From the NCBI RefSeq assembly GCF_009914755.1, contig NC_060929.1: a stretch of 64,000 nt of DNA; one strand, written 5' to 3'. Origin of the DNA: the human T2T-CHM13v2.0 reference genome, Homo sapiens. Made by a program: the position numbers and the translations under genes. Below the pieces are notes generated by a model. The model worked only from the letters and a program-made list of their open reading frames with translations, had not been told where the DNA came from and searched no databases. Below are positions 12,824 through 26,286 of this stretch, in pieces (positions within the stretch are counted from its first letter, which is position 1; each line of letters starts with the position of its first letter).

Positions 12824-14129
12824 TTATAAGTTTATATATTTCAAACAATTTATAAAGTGTTTAAAGTAATTGTACCAACTTGGCATGACAGTACAAGATG
12901 GAAACAAGGCCTTTGGGTCTGCAAATTTCTTACGATAGCAAGCCAACTAAGGAAACTACTAATTCCATACATGGAAATGGAAGGAATATGTGACCAGTAG
13001 CCACAGAATTACAGGGTAAAAGCAAGAGGCCAAAAGACAAAGACAAACACAGAAAATATTTTCCAGGGAGTATTACTGAGCCCAAATCAAGTAACTGGTA
13101 ACTGTGTCCAACTGGATTTCAGAATTGTTATGGAACAGTAACTTCTTTGTGTGCTGGTTTCCCTCATTTTCACAGGAATTTCTATAGCAATTAACTTTTA
13201 CCTGCTCCATTATTGTATATTGGGTATGTATATGGGCACAAGGGTGAATACGGTTAGATATCTGATCTCTCAAAAGTTAACTGGTCTCCAGATTAAGAAG
13301 GACTGAATCTGACCAACCTTATCTGCACCTGAACCTAATCTATATAAGATCCTTGACCTCAAGTCTGAGCTGAAGCCATACAAGGATGAGACTTTGGAGA
13401 GAGCTTGGGAAGAACTGAATGCATTTTGCATTAGGAAGGAATGTAAATAACTATGGCTACAAACAGATTGTTGTGGTTTTTAAACATTATTGAAAATTCA
13501 TTGAAACTTCTCCCATGCAAAGGTAGGACCTATGGTCCTCCTCTGTAATATGAAAGGACTTGTGAGTACTTCAACCTATAGAGTTGCCATATGACATCTG
13601 AAACTGGGTCATAAAAGACCTTGAAGTTTCTACCCAATTCCCTGGTACAATCTCCCGCAACCCTGAGCCACCAGCCAGGATATCTGACTTGGGGCCCTAA
13701 GGCTATCCTGCTGGACAGGCACATGTAGTTCTGCCATCAAATGTGCCAGCAAAGCCAAACCCTCAGCCATGCCTGCCAAGAGGAAAGCTATCTTGGACCC
13801 TCTGGACCAGCCCATAGGTGAACTGAGTATCACAGAGTATGCTTTGCTGATGCCATGTCCTATTAAAGAAAAAAAGGCACTTTCTACCTAAATGTGTGAT
13901 TCACAAAATGATGACATGTAATGAAGTGGTCAATGCCTTGTGCCACTAAGTTTTGGGGGTGGTTTCTTCAGCAGCTATAAATAATTAGAACACACCTGAG
14001 TCCTGTCACGTCTTTATATTGAAGATGTTTTTGCAGAGTTTTTAATTTTGGTATATATTCTGTGGTCATTCTGCTTAGTTTGCAAGAGGAGTTGTGAGAA
14101 AATACAAAATTATGTTACCACCAGTTTCC

Positions 14130-14320
14130 TGGCATAATCTAAATCCTTTACTCTTAAAAATTATTAATGATTTCAGTAGGGATAAAGATGACAAACCATT
14201 CAAATCTGCCAATAATCCAAAGCTAGATACAAAGAGTCAATGTACCAAAGACCCTATACACAGGAAGAACCTTATGAAACAAAATGACAGAATTAATCAA
14301 ATACAATGAAACTCACAAGA
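14130..14320 (+). mobile_element. L3/CR1 LINE reverse-transcriptase relic
   Basis: Translation NPLLLKIINDFSRDKDDKPFKSANNPKL resembles the CR1 RT motif GPVLFNIFINDL...KFADDTKL. Confidence 0.55.
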
Positions 14321-14509
14321 AGAAAACTTAGAAAGAAGGCATTAGTCAGCCATTGATGACTTTAAGAACATTATTTTAATAGATGTTAAAATGGTATTAC
14401 AGAAGCCACATCTCAATGGAAATAAAATTGAAGTTCTCTGCAAACTTTGATTCTTAGACTTTAGTAATTAGAAGTTATTCATTTATTTGGCAAATGAATG
14501 TTTTACAAT

Positions 14510-14745
14510 CACAGGAAATATGCACCAGGAACCATATTAAGTGGTTTATATACAGTATTTCGTGTATATATACAAATTCCTTGAGAAGCAGACATTAAGT
14601 CATCTCTTTAAAATAAAGCTAATATATCTAAGACTCAGGAAATAAAGGAACCTGCCTATTGTTGTACATCTTGGAAATATTCAAGCAGGACTGAAACTGA
14701 AGGTTCATCAGACTCCAAAATACATACTTTTCCTCTCCATACTAT
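14510..14745 (-). mobile_element. MIR
   Basis: aagactcaggaaataaaggaacctgcc...caggactgaaactgaaggttcatcagactccaaa, the antisense MIR core. Confidence 0.65.
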
Positions 14746-14759
14746 TTTATTTCTCTATT

Positions 14760-15340
14760 CTGGTGACAAAGACACAGTCCTGGCTCCCTAGGGACAGATC
14801 ACAAAACCAGCCATTACAGAGCAGTATGATGAATGCTGGAGATGAATGTGAGGCTTATACTCTTAGGGTATAGATGATTACACAAATCCATAATTCTGTT
14901 TTTCTGGAAATAGTCTCAGAGGAAGTGAAATTTGACCAACTCTAGTAAGACCAGGAAACCTACAGAGCAGGTGGGGAAAGAGGCAGCCGAGGCACCAGGG
15001 TTCCCAGCAAGGAGCTGCAATGTGCAAAGCCATCAAGGCCTGAACAAATTTTATTTAGGAAAGCTGTAGGAAAACGAGCTCTTAAAACAGATTTTTCCAA
15101 GAGAAAGAGGAGGGCAGGGAGTGGGTGGGCAGGAAGCAGGGTAGGGAAGAGAAGAAATCAACAAATTGATCTGGAAAAGTATATCAGATGTTGGTTTACA
15201 TAGGCCCCATGTGTAGAAGAAAGGTGTTTGAACTTTCTCCAAAAAGCTACGACAAGCCAAGAAGGAATTTAAACAAGGTCAGAGTCAATGAGATGAGTAT
15301 CTGAGTACTGATACTCTCAGAAAAAAAAAATCACTTTAGT
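14760..15340 (-). mobile_element. L2 fragment
   Basis: gacacagtcctggctc..., cagaggaagtgaaatttga, tgtgcaaagcc, ggaatttaaacaagg motifs. Confidence 0.5.
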
Positions 15341-15952
15341 CTCAGACCAGCTTTTGATACAATCATTATAGCCACAGAGATGAGCATGCTAAGAGTCTTC
15401 CTGGAGCTAGGGCTAGGGCTGCAGCTAAAGGCAGACCCCAAGAACCATACTGCTATCCAGTGGAAGCAGGTCATTCTTGCGATGGGTCAAGACGGACTAG
15501 TGGTTGGGAAAGCCACTGACCACAAAATTCATCACGTATCCACATGGCTGGATTCCAGGTTTTCATTTTTAAATTTTAGATGTCTTTGGTTGAGCAATAA
15601 GATTAACAATCTTTCATTGTTAATATTACCAAAACATTTTTTGCTCTGTCAAGTAAATGTATTACGGTTTCCCAGAAAGACATATTCCAATATAAGAACA
15701 TCTTTATCATTTTAATTTAGAAACAAATATAGAAACCAGTAGTTATACACACATTATTTAGTCAGACATACACACATGTATGAAGTTTAGTACATGTGAA
15801 ATATTTATTAAGTCACAAATATTAATAACCTTTCAGTGTATTTCAAGGAAATTAAGTCCAAAAGGCACTGAAGCTAAGGATAAAGAAAATGCACTAAATT
15901 ATAAATGCATATATTTATTAAAATACAATCATATTAAGAAATAAGCTAATTA

Positions 15953-16263
<311 letters not shown>

Positions 16264-17029
16264 CTAATTGAATTAGAAATGTCATTATTAAGCTTGCTTG
16301 CAACAAAAGTTTACTTGACAACTGAGCAAAAACATTAAGGCCTTGCTGGAGGAAAAGCAAAAATAAAAACACTCAATATTTCTTATAGGGTTTATTGTTG
16401 GCTGCAGGACACAGCAATTACATAGGTGGGTTACAAATTCTCCTTAGCTGGGGAACTGAAGTGAATGTGATAAGTTATTTTTATATAATATAACAATAGA
16501 GAAGGAAGCCTGAGGAACAGTGTTAATCTAGGATAATCTAATGTAAGAGATGGAGGAAAGAAGATAAAATCTTTAACAAGATAAGAGGCGAAAAGACCTT
16601 TAACAAAAGACCTGGATGAGAATGGAACATTCTGTCTAGCAAATCTTTCCCCTGCAGAAATTCCCGTCAAAAGATGAAAGGATTACATGGAGTATATACA
16701 AACACCCAAGTACTCTCAGCTCTTTTGAGAATCAAAACAATTCTTACGTTCCCTTAGAAGATGGAAAAATTTACCCTTTCAATTGCATAGTGGCAAAATC
16801 AGATTATTTCTCCATCTTTATAGAAACGATAAGCCACATGTATGGAGACAATGTGTGGATTAAGTGATAACTGATTTTAGATGACATCCTGCGGACTCAC
16901 TCAATTTAAATTACCTTCATAAGGAAGCCATCAATTTGATAAGTCTATATTAAAATATGTCTTAGGGAGATTCAACATGCAACACAGGACAGAAACAAAA
17001 AAGAAAGAAAAAGAATAGTTTAAATTTAA

Positions 17030-17228
17030 GTGTTGAGTAAAAGCCCCAAGTCATCTCACAGTATCTGTATGATCTTGGTAGTGTTACTTAATTTTTCTAA
17101 CTCGGTTCTTCAGTCATACAATGGCGAGAGTCTTCCTCACACCATGGAATTGTTGTGGTTATTAAATGAAGTAACGTTTTGCAGGAACTCTTATCCTACA
17201 ATACTGGCTTGGTGGGAGTCTTATTAGT
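17030..17228 (+). mobile_element. MIR
   Basis: gatcttggtagtgttacttaat...ctcggttcttc...gttgtggttattaaatga. Confidence 0.65.
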
Positions 17229-17651
17229 TGTGGTATAAAAATGTACTGACTTCTATATTTCCTAATAATTTCCAGCTATCCTCCATCAGTTCCTTCCCAC
17301 ATCCTAAAAGCAAGCTCCACTCATGTAATTTCAAGCTATTTTTACAAACTGTCTCAATAACATTTGCTGTTAAAGCAGCAGTCAGTCCCAAGTCTTCAGT
17401 TTCTGTGGTACTAAATTTCTTTCTCCTCATTATATCCCCAGACTCCCATCCATCTGTCCTCAGAGCAGGTGAGATTCTGATGGCTCTGAGAAGTAGTCAA
17501 TTTCTCTAATAAACCTCCCATCACTCTGGGCATAGTATTTGCCCCTAAAGCACAAGGGAACTCACTATCTATGGTGAATCCTTTCTGTCATACCTGCCGA
17601 GCCAGCTAGGTATCAGGTGGAAGACTGCTTCATCTGTTGACAGACTCATCC

Positions 17652-18293
17652 AAACAGACTGCCTAGACATTGCTCATCCCGTGTAAGACTTACTCATATT
17701 CCCTAGCCAGCACCCTGGCTGGAAACCTCCCATTACATTCTCTGATGCGCTTTCCATTTTTGCTCCAAACCGTGTTGCATTTGTGATAGTTAATTTTTTC
17801 TGTCCACTTGGTTAGGCTATGGTGACCAGTTCTTTTGTCAAACACCTGCCTAGATGTTGCTGCAAAGGTATATTATTATGTGATTAATATTTAAATCAGT
17901 AGACTTTGGTTGAAGCATATTACCCTCCATGATGTGGATGGGTTTTATCTAATCATCTGAAGGCTTTGAGAAAAAAGACTGAGATTTCCAGAAGGAGAAG
18001 GAATTCTCAATACTACCACATAGATATCCTGCCTGAGTTTCCAGACAGCCTGCTCTACAGATTTTATACTTTCCAGCCCCCACAATCATGTGAGACAATT
18101 CCTTAATATTTCTTTATATGTATCTGAGAGAGAGAGAGAAAGTAAGTATGTGTACACATATGTATTTAAACAGACTGCCTAGGCATTGCTTATCCTATGT
18201 AAGATTTACTTATATTCTCTAGCCAGGACCCTGGCTGGATACCTCCCTTTACTTCCTCTGATTCACTTGCCCTTTTGCCCCAAGCTGTGTTGC
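17652..18293 (+). repeat. Non-tandem direct repeat, ~126 bp: 17652-17778 and 18168-18293
   Basis: aaacagactgcctag(a/g)cattgct...ccctggctgga(a/t)acctccc...gtgttgc occurs twice. Confidence 0.92.
17782..18120 (+). mobile_element. MLT2C/D ERVL LTR, 3' end missing
   Basis: tgtgatagttaatttt...ctagatgttgctgcaaaggt...aatcagtagacttt...ccccacaatcatgtgagacaattcctt. Confidence 0.85.
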
Positions 18294-18349
18294 TCCAGGA
18301 GAGAGAGAAAGAAATGTCATTTGGGGATTTTAGTATACATGTATCACCT

Positions 18350-18353
<4 letters not shown>

Positions 18354-18436
<83 letters not shown>
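18354..18436 (+). repeat. Compound (CA)n/(TA)n microsatellite
   Basis: Direct reading. Confidence 0.97.
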
Positions 18437-18454
18437 GAGGTGATTAGTTCATAT

Positions 18455-18656
18455 GCTAGCTCAGGTCCTCCTTCCTCTTCTTATAAAGCTACTCCTTCCC
18501 CTTGGATGATGTCCTATTAATCTATTAACCCATTAATTTTTGAATCCACGAATGAATTAAACCATTCATGAGGGAAGATACCACATGAGCCAATCACCTT
18601 AAAAGTCTCAGCTTTCCAAACTATCATATTGGGTCTTAAGTTTCATCGTGAGTTGA
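18455..18656 (-). mobile_element. MSTC/MSTD LTR fragment
   Basis: ctcttcttataaagc...ccattcatgagggaag...ccaatcacc...aagtttcatcgtgag. Confidence 0.7.
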
Positions 18657-20867
18657 AACCTCCCCAGCCCACCTCCTCTTGTAGAAGAGACCATGTCAAT
18701 CAGTCAATCAAAGTAGTCATATCTGGCAGAGATATCAAATGCAAGATTAGGAAATAGCATGCTTCTTTCCTCTTTTCAGTTATAAGCAAATATTACAAGT
18801 CATTTTTTGGTCTTTCTTTGGTGAGTGGAAGGCAAGAGAGAATTCTGATCCTGAGCTCTCAGGATGCTGTCTGACACATAGTAGGTGCTCAATGGAAAAG
18901 AAGCTATAATTATTCACAGACATTGTACACCTCCAAAAATGAGAGACTAACAAGGGAGGGGAGGGGAAGAATTAGAAGATGGGATGATGGTGGTAAGGCT
19001 AGATCTCTCAACTGGCATATTCCTAAGCCTCTTGGGGAAGAAGTTGGCACCATCACCTGTAGTTCTCAGAACTCAATATATGGAATTGTTAGTATCTTTT
19101 TCTGAGTGGTCAATTCCCAGTAAAGAGGGTCCCACTCAGCCCCTAACACCATTGGGTTACACTACCACCTTACATAAAAACAGGATTGCGAAAACAGATA
19201 GTAAGCATTTGACCACCAAACACTGAAATAATATGCTTTAATCAAAAGATTATTTGGGTTGAGTTCAGCAGTTCTGGCTTCCAGTTCTATCCATAGCCTT
19301 GGAAAAATGACCTTGCCATGTTGCTGTGAGGATCAAGTAGATGCCTTATGCCACAGGGCTTTACAAAGTACCATCCAAGTACTATTCCAAGCAATATTTC
19401 CCTTCCTCTTACCAAATAAAAGACTAACTTTTTTGTATTGATCAAAAATTGTGCCTGTGAGAAGTTTTATAATTTCAGCATAGATTCAAAGCTATTTGTG
19501 CCTTCAAATCCTGTACAGTGACACTGTTCTTCAACCAGACTCAAAATAAGATCAATGTTTTGACAAATAGTATCCCCATTTGAAATCCTGTAAAGCAGGG
19601 CTGCCCTATTGCTTACCTCCCCTTCTTCCATATCCGCATTTGAATAACAGATGTTACATGCAATGAGCTGACTGGGTGATTAACTGGCATTTCTTATAAG
19701 TAGACAAGCACTGTCTATACCAACGTTACTGTTTAAGTACCAAAGAAAAGGTGCTGCTTTAAGAAGCAATTAAACTCTCCAGCTAAATGTTGGCAGAGAG
19801 AACAATTGAGCATCAATTACTTAAACTATGTTTTCATTCTTCAAATTTTTAAAGGGCAGTGTTAAATGGTTCTACAATGAGTCAGTTCGATATAATTAAC
19901 TCAGTAATGTCAGGAGAATTGCACTAAGTTCCATTCAAAACTAGAAGTTCTTGGATGGACAAGATTTTTGTCATGAATGCTCTTGACTGCTAACATATTC
20001 ATTTGAATTATTAATACCAAAATCAATGTTTCAAGTGTAGTATGACACAGAAACATGTACCCATCTCATGTTCCAAACATATTAAAATTACTTTTGTGAT
20101 TAAAACATATATATATATGTACGTGTGTGTGTGTATATATATGTCCTATTTTGCTCGTAATCTTTGGACCCACTTCTGTATAACATGTGTTACTTTTAAG
20201 CAAGAATATTAATAAGGCTCATTAATATTCAAAGTCAATTGCCAATTCTGGGACCCCCACATCTGAAAACTATAACATATGGTGGCTTGTCTCTTTAATA
20301 AAAAATCCTGAAATAGCAATAGTTCAAGTGCTTATAAAAGTCAAATATGAGTCTTCAAACTGTGATTTAACACAGCCTTTCTTGATATGTATAATATTAA
20401 GACAGAGACATAGAAACTATGCACTTCTATATACTTTCTAAATTATATATCCCTATTAAAATATAAGACACATATTGTCTTACATTTCTTCTCTGGCTCT
20501 AATACAGCTTTGTGCCCAACATATTAGTAAAGCCTCAATCACTGTGTGTCAAAATTTCCTCCCCATGCGATCTACCCAAAACTTCTTCCTACCCCTATTG
20601 GAAAGAGAGCAATACTAACTTTTCCAGAGCCCAAGAGTTCAAGTCTAAGGTGGACAGATCTTCTTCTACAATGCAGAAGAAAAAGATTAGGAGGTTAGCC
20701 CATATGGAGCACATTAAGGAGAACAGTGGGTCAAACTCCAGGAAAACAAATACAAGCTTTGAGACCACACCAAGATAAAAGAAATCAGAGTTGAACTGAG
20801 TTAGGATCCAAATGAGATTCAGTTGGGAATAAAGTGAGGAGAAGATAGAAGAGCAAAGAAGCAAGTA

Positions 20868-20965
20868 GAGTATATTCCCAGTTCTTCCTAGGTGCCAGTC
20901 CACAATAGGGGCTCAATAAAATATTGATGAGTGAATGAAGGAATGAATGCATAAGTAAACGAATG
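20868..20965 (+). mobile_element. L2 3' end
   Basis: taggggctcaataaaatattgatgagtgaatgaaggaatgaatg. Confidence 0.7.
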
Positions 20966-21700
20966 GAAGTTCAACTGGTGAAAATTATGATGGTTATTTT
21001 CAGCCAGTGCTTTATGCAGCTGGTCATATCTTACAATCATAAAACTGTGAGGAAAAAGTGTCAACATTAGGTGATCACTCTCTGCCTTTCAAATTATTCC
21101 TTATGAGTCTCTGGTTGATTGAAATACCCTGGTTTTCACCCTGTACCTATATGACCTTTGCCTGCTTTTAGACTCTCTTCTATGCTTTGTAAAACCAGGG
21201 TTATGGCCCAACTGCTAAGTTCTGAAATCTAGCAGGTTTATCCATGGCTTGTGTCCTTGATGTGTAGTACCAAATTAAGACAAGTCACTTCCTGAGTCAT
21301 CCTGAGTCTCTTCTCCAAAATTTGTGAGCATCTTTTCCTTATTTCCAATGTCCCATCCTACTTATTAAGATTCATTTTCAAGCAGTTTCTCCCTATTGTG
21401 AACACTGTTTTGTAAGGACCTGCTAGAAGATCTGTCTGGAGTATACATAAGGGCTAGACCTCTCCAGCCAAACCCTTGCATTCCCCCATTATTGGAAAAG
21501 GCAACATTGCAGCTGCTCTTCTGAAAATCAACTGCAGTGCTTCCAGTGAATACCTATTGGCTGTTTTGTGATTTTTCTGTTCCCAAGTCCATCACATGCT
21601 GCCTGCTGCTGCTTCTTCCTCCCACAGTTTGCCAACTCCAAGCAGGTCTTGGAGCTATAGGGAATGTCCCCCAGTCACCTATATGTTTATGGAGATGTGC

Positions 21701-22267
21701 TGTGCAGAGGACAATACTTTTTAAAGATGGCTGCAACCATAACTGTCATTCCACATGGTCACTTTACAATGTGGTTTTGACACCATGCCACTAACAGATG
21801 GAATCTGTGTCTTCTCTCCTTGAAACTTGACTGGCTTTTTGGACTGAATCTGTAGAGTATGACAGAAATGCCCCTGGTGACTGCTGTGGCTGGATCTGAG
21901 GTGGTGAAGCTTCTGCCTTTCTTGATGGAATACTCTTGAAGTCTTCATACTATAGGCACTCTGACTTTCTAGAGGACATTAGGTTCTGAGGAAGCCCATG
22001 AGACATGATCTGGAGATTCCATATGGAGAGATCCTGATAACACATTAAGAGAGGAAGTTACCTGGCCAACCCTGAGCTCCTTCAGCATCTTCTGTTCCTG
22101 TTCCAGCCACAGTCTGACTGCAGCATTAGGAAAAATCTAGAGCTGGGACCACCCACCTAAGCCATTTTTTAAATTTTCTATCCCACAGATATCATAGTGA
22201 TAATATAATGTTATCTTAAGCCACTAAATTTGGGTGTGATTTGTTATGCAGCAATAAATAACCCAAA
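21701..22267 (+). mobile_element. MLT1G-type solo LTR
   Basis: aaagatggctgcaac at the start; ttaagccactaaatttgggtgtgatttgttatgcagcaataaataac at the end. Confidence 0.75.
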
Positions 22268-22795
22268 ATTCTTGTCACCTAGCTTTACTATAAATATAGG
22301 CCAAGGGTTTTTGGATTTGCTACTGAATTATTCTAGCTGGTTTTATGAAGATTTGGGAAAAATATGCTACCACTACAACTATTTTGCCCGAAACTTTAAG
22401 TGGGATTTATTATTATTATTTGCTTGGGTGACACTAATATCCTGCCAAATTTGAGAACTACATGTTTACATAAACTGGATCCAAGACACAATTCTCAACT
22501 CTTGGAGTCAGCTTTATATCTGGACTTCCGTCTTGGTTTATGTGGTCAAATTTTACCTAAATGCACCAAGAAATACATGAAATTGAATTGATCAGCAATA
22601 GGGTAGATTCTACAAACTTCCTTGCAGTGCTTCTGCAAATTTACATGCTGACAATTTGATTGGCAGTTGTCATAATTTCTGTGGGCATTGATTGACCTCA
22701 TCTAGTCAGTTTTCTTCCTGACGTTTCCTAGCTGGGTCGGTATCCCAAGTGAATAGGGTGGGGAGAATCCATAAATGATAATCTAAACATTTCTC

Positions 22796-22913
22796 TTCTA
22801 CGTACGTATTTAGAGCAGACAGCCTCCTGTCTATGTAAAAATGTTCCACCATTTATTCTATATACATATTTAGAGAGGAGAGCCTCCTGTCTATGGAAAA
22901 ATGTTTCACATTT
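22796..22913 (+). repeat. 60-bp tandem duplication
   Basis: tatttagag...agcctcctgtctatg(t/g)aaaaatgtt twice, 60 bp apart. Confidence 0.93.
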
Positions 22914-23006
22914 AATAAATGAGTTAATTTGTGCAAAATGTTTGTAATCACAACAAAAACATTGACGATAATTAGAGAAAATTGTTATATTTTATAATTC
23001 AACCAA

Positions 23007-23403
23007 GTGTAATAATTTGGGTAATTTTTCTCCAAATATTCACTCCCCTCCCTTTCACACCACAGAGTATACTTTATCATGCTATTCATGTTCAGCTTGG
23101 CTATGTGAATTTTAGCCAATTGAATGCTAGTAGACATAAAAACTTGTAGCTCATTCTTGGATCTTCCATTTTTTGAACAACCACAAGCAGAGTGTGTACC
23201 AGATAATTACTTCTAGGCCCAAGAAAAAACAACTATGTAGCAGACCTAACTCAATGTGCTGCCTGGAGCTGAGACCAGCCAACCCACAGCCTGAAGCAGA
23301 GCTGTTTAGTCTGGCCATCACAGATGAGCCAAACTGTAGTTTCTCTGCAGAGCTTTGAGCATAAGCAATGTTTGTTTTGGGAATCCACTGAACATTTGTG
23401 TAG
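23007..23403 (+). mobile_element. MLT1I/J-type LTR
   Basis: ccaaatattcactcccctccc...cttggctatgtga...gcctgaagcagagctg...ccactgaacatttgtg. Confidence 0.6.
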
Positions 23404-23748
23404 TTTATAAAGAAAATAAGTTTATAGAGAAATTTATTTAGTTAATGGTTCTGCAGGTAGGGAAGTCCAAGGGCATGGTCCTGGCTTCTGGTAAGGGCTT
23501 TAGTGCTGTATAACAACATGGCAGAGAAGGTCAGAGGAAAAGCAGACAAGTTCAAAGAGACAAACTTGGAGGCCTTCTGGCTTAAAACACCCTACTCTCT
23601 CAGTAACATTACCTGGAGAACTAATCCAGTCTCCAGAAAGCTCGGAGCCCTTATGACTCAAAAGCTTCCCATTAAGCCCCACCTCTTACCACCACCACAT
23701 CAGAGACCAAATGTCAACATGAGCTTTGGTGGGGCCAAACCACAGCAT
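23404..23748 (-). mobile_element. MSTB-type LTR
   Basis: ggttctgcaggtagggaagtccaagggcatgg...caacatgagctttggtggggccaaaccacagca. Confidence 0.75.
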
Positions 23749-23754
23749 AGATCA

Positions 23755-23952
23755 AAGGTCAGCAAACTACAACCTACGTGCCAAATCCAGCCTGTGGATA
23801 GTTTTTTAAAATAAAGTTTTATTTAGGTATTGTCTCTGGCTGCTTCCATGCACCAATTGCAGAACAGACCAATTGTGGCAAAGATAATATAGTCCACAAA
23901 GTTTAAAATAGTGACTGTCTGGTTCTTTACAGAAAACATTGGTCAACCCAAC
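23755..23952. mobile_element. MER58A hAT DNA transposon
   Basis: ggtcagcaaactac...gccaaatccagcct...aaataaagttttatt...ctttacagaaaa. Confidence 0.8.
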
Positions 23953-24074
23953 ATGGAAGAATGATTCATACAAGTAGTGATTAGAACTAAACACCCATTT
24001 AGGCTGCACAGCTGCTAGATGGGACCCCCAGGAGAAGCTGGGGGGAAGTTCACTGTGGCAAAGCCTAGCTCTGA

Positions 24075-24558
24075 TAGATGGAGCTTTGCCCCCAGTTCTG
24101 CACTCACCCCTGTATTTACCTTGTCTTCTGACTTTGCAGTTCTTCTCACTAAAGGAGCAAAAAAAATAGTATTTCTTTGACTTTGTTCATCTTTTTCACT
24201 TTGTTCATCTTTTTTCTCGCCTATGCCAATAAAATGAAGAGCAAGCGACCAATATCAGAAGTATTAAATCTAAGCCTAGGCCATAAGAGCCCTGCAACGT
24301 TCTGCTTGCCTCTGCATCTTTGCTTGAGCAACATCAGGCCTAACTAGCCCATCAGCCTAGGACAGAGGACAAGAGATGCATGTCAGAAAACTGCCCCAGT
24401 GAAGGAACCCAAAATGAGCCTAGACCAGACCAACAGACCTCCTCCCCCGACCAACCAACCCACAGATGTGTGAAGCAAATAAATGCAGAGAGTTGCATGC
24501 TGCTGAGGGTTTGTGGTGATGTGATAAGCATCACTGAAGCCAGAGTTAACTGATTGTA
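24075..24558 (+). mobile_element. MLT1I-type LTR
   Basis: aagcctaggccataagag...ccacagatgtgtgaagcaaataaatg...agttaactgat. Confidence 0.6.
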
Positions 24559-24559
24559 C

Positions 24560-25160
24560 TAGGTAGAATTTTAAGATGGCACTCAATATTTCCCATTCCC
24601 TGGTATATATGACCTATAAAATCCAAGTCTGTGAGTATGATGAATTTTACTTCTACAATTAGGTTATCTTATGTGGCACAGTTAACTCTAAGAAAGGGAA
24701 ATTATCTGAGTGTCACTAGACTAATCATAAGAGTCCTTTAATTCTGCATCTAGAGGTCAAGAAATGGGAGAAGTCAAATTTGCAGCATGAGAAGGATGTC
24801 ATGGGCTATTACTGGCTTGGAGATGGAGGGAACCAGATGGCAAAAATTGTAGGTGGCCTCTAGAAGCTGAGAAGGGTCCCAAAGGTGACAAAGAGCAAGG
24901 AAACAGAATCTCCATCTTACAACCACAAGGGATTGAATTCTGCCAACACCTGAATGAACTTAGAAGCAGAGTTTTCCCCAGAGCATTGTGATGACGACTC
25001 AGCTGAGCCACAAGGATTTCAGCCTTGTGATATCCTAAGCAGAAAATCCAGCCATACCTTGATAGACTTCTGACCTGGAGAACTTTTAGTTGCTAAAAGG
25101 AAGTTGTTTTAAGCTACTACATTTGTGGCAATTTTTTACGCAGCAGTAGAAAACGAGCGC
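24560..25160 (+). mobile_element. MLT1E-type LTR
   Basis: agaattttaagatggc...ggtggcctctagaagctgaga...gaattctgccaacacctgaatga...gcagcagtagaaaac. Confidence 0.8.
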
Positions 25161-25164
25161 TCTG

Positions 25165-25270
25165 ACACAACCTCTCTGTGTCCCATTTTCATCGTCTGTA
25201 CAATGTGGATTAAAACTGCCTGTGCCTCATAGGATTATTGTGAAGATTAAATAACATAGTTAATTGTATT
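25165..25270 (+). mobile_element. MIR fragment
   Basis: aacctctctgtgtcccattttcatcgtctgtacaatg...cctcataggattattgtgaagattaaat. Confidence 0.7.
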
Positions 25271-25886
25271 ACAGTGCCAAAAACAAACAACTGAGGTTTT
25301 TTATTATTTTTATTGGCACAATTACTAGCTTATAGTCCAATCCAACCATAATCAGTGTTGAGGCAGCCAGTGATGCAATGATAAACTGTAGAATGTGTGA
25401 ACACTCCAATAAGTATTTGGTGAATAAAAAATTAATGCATCTGTAAAGTAGATTTGAGCCTGAATGAAGCAATAAGTTTTACCTCTGGATAGAAAAATGA
25501 ATGAAGTGCCTAGAAACTAATCTGTGATTATATAAAATGGGAATATTATTTTATGATCTAGTTAGACTCCATACTCTGGGCAATTAAACTACAAACTTTG
25601 ACACAACTGTATCTATTATACAAGATACTTCAATTAATGTTTATTCCATAGTAAAAGAACAGTGAATTGTAACGAAAAAGTTTTATTTCTAACATTATAC
25701 TTACAAGATAGTGTTATGGCCTGAATTTTCTTTCCTCAAAATTTATATGTTGAAGTCTTAATTCCCAGTACTTCAGAATGTCACTGTATTTGGAGATAAG
25801 GCCTTTAAAGAGGTGACTAAGTTAAAATGAGGCCTTTAGACTGGCTCTTATCTAATATATCTGTTGTCCTTATAAGAAGAGGGTAT

Positions 25887-26171
25887 GGCCTGAGCATGGT
25901 GGCTCACACCTGCAATCCCAGCACTTTGGGAGGCCGAGACGGGTAGATCACTTCAGGTGAGGAGTTTGAGACCAGCCTGGCCAACATGGTGAAATCCCAT
26001 CCCTACTAAAAATACAAAAATTAGCTGGGTGTGGTGGTGCACCCCTGTAATCCCAGCTACTCAGGCTGAGGCAGGAGAATTGCTTAAACCTGGGAGGCAG
26101 AGGTTTCTGTGAGCCAAGATCGTGCCACTGCCTCCAGCCTGGGCTACAGAGCAAGACTCTGTCTCCAAAAC
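25887..26171 (+). mobile_element. AluSx/Sz
   Basis: Full dimeric Alu (gatcacttcaggtgaggagtttgagaccagcctggccaac); tail replaced by (AGAT)n. Confidence 0.92.
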
Positions 26172-26224
<53 letters not shown>

Positions 26225-26245
26225 TAGATATAGATAGATATAGAT

Positions 26246-26286
<41 letters not shown>

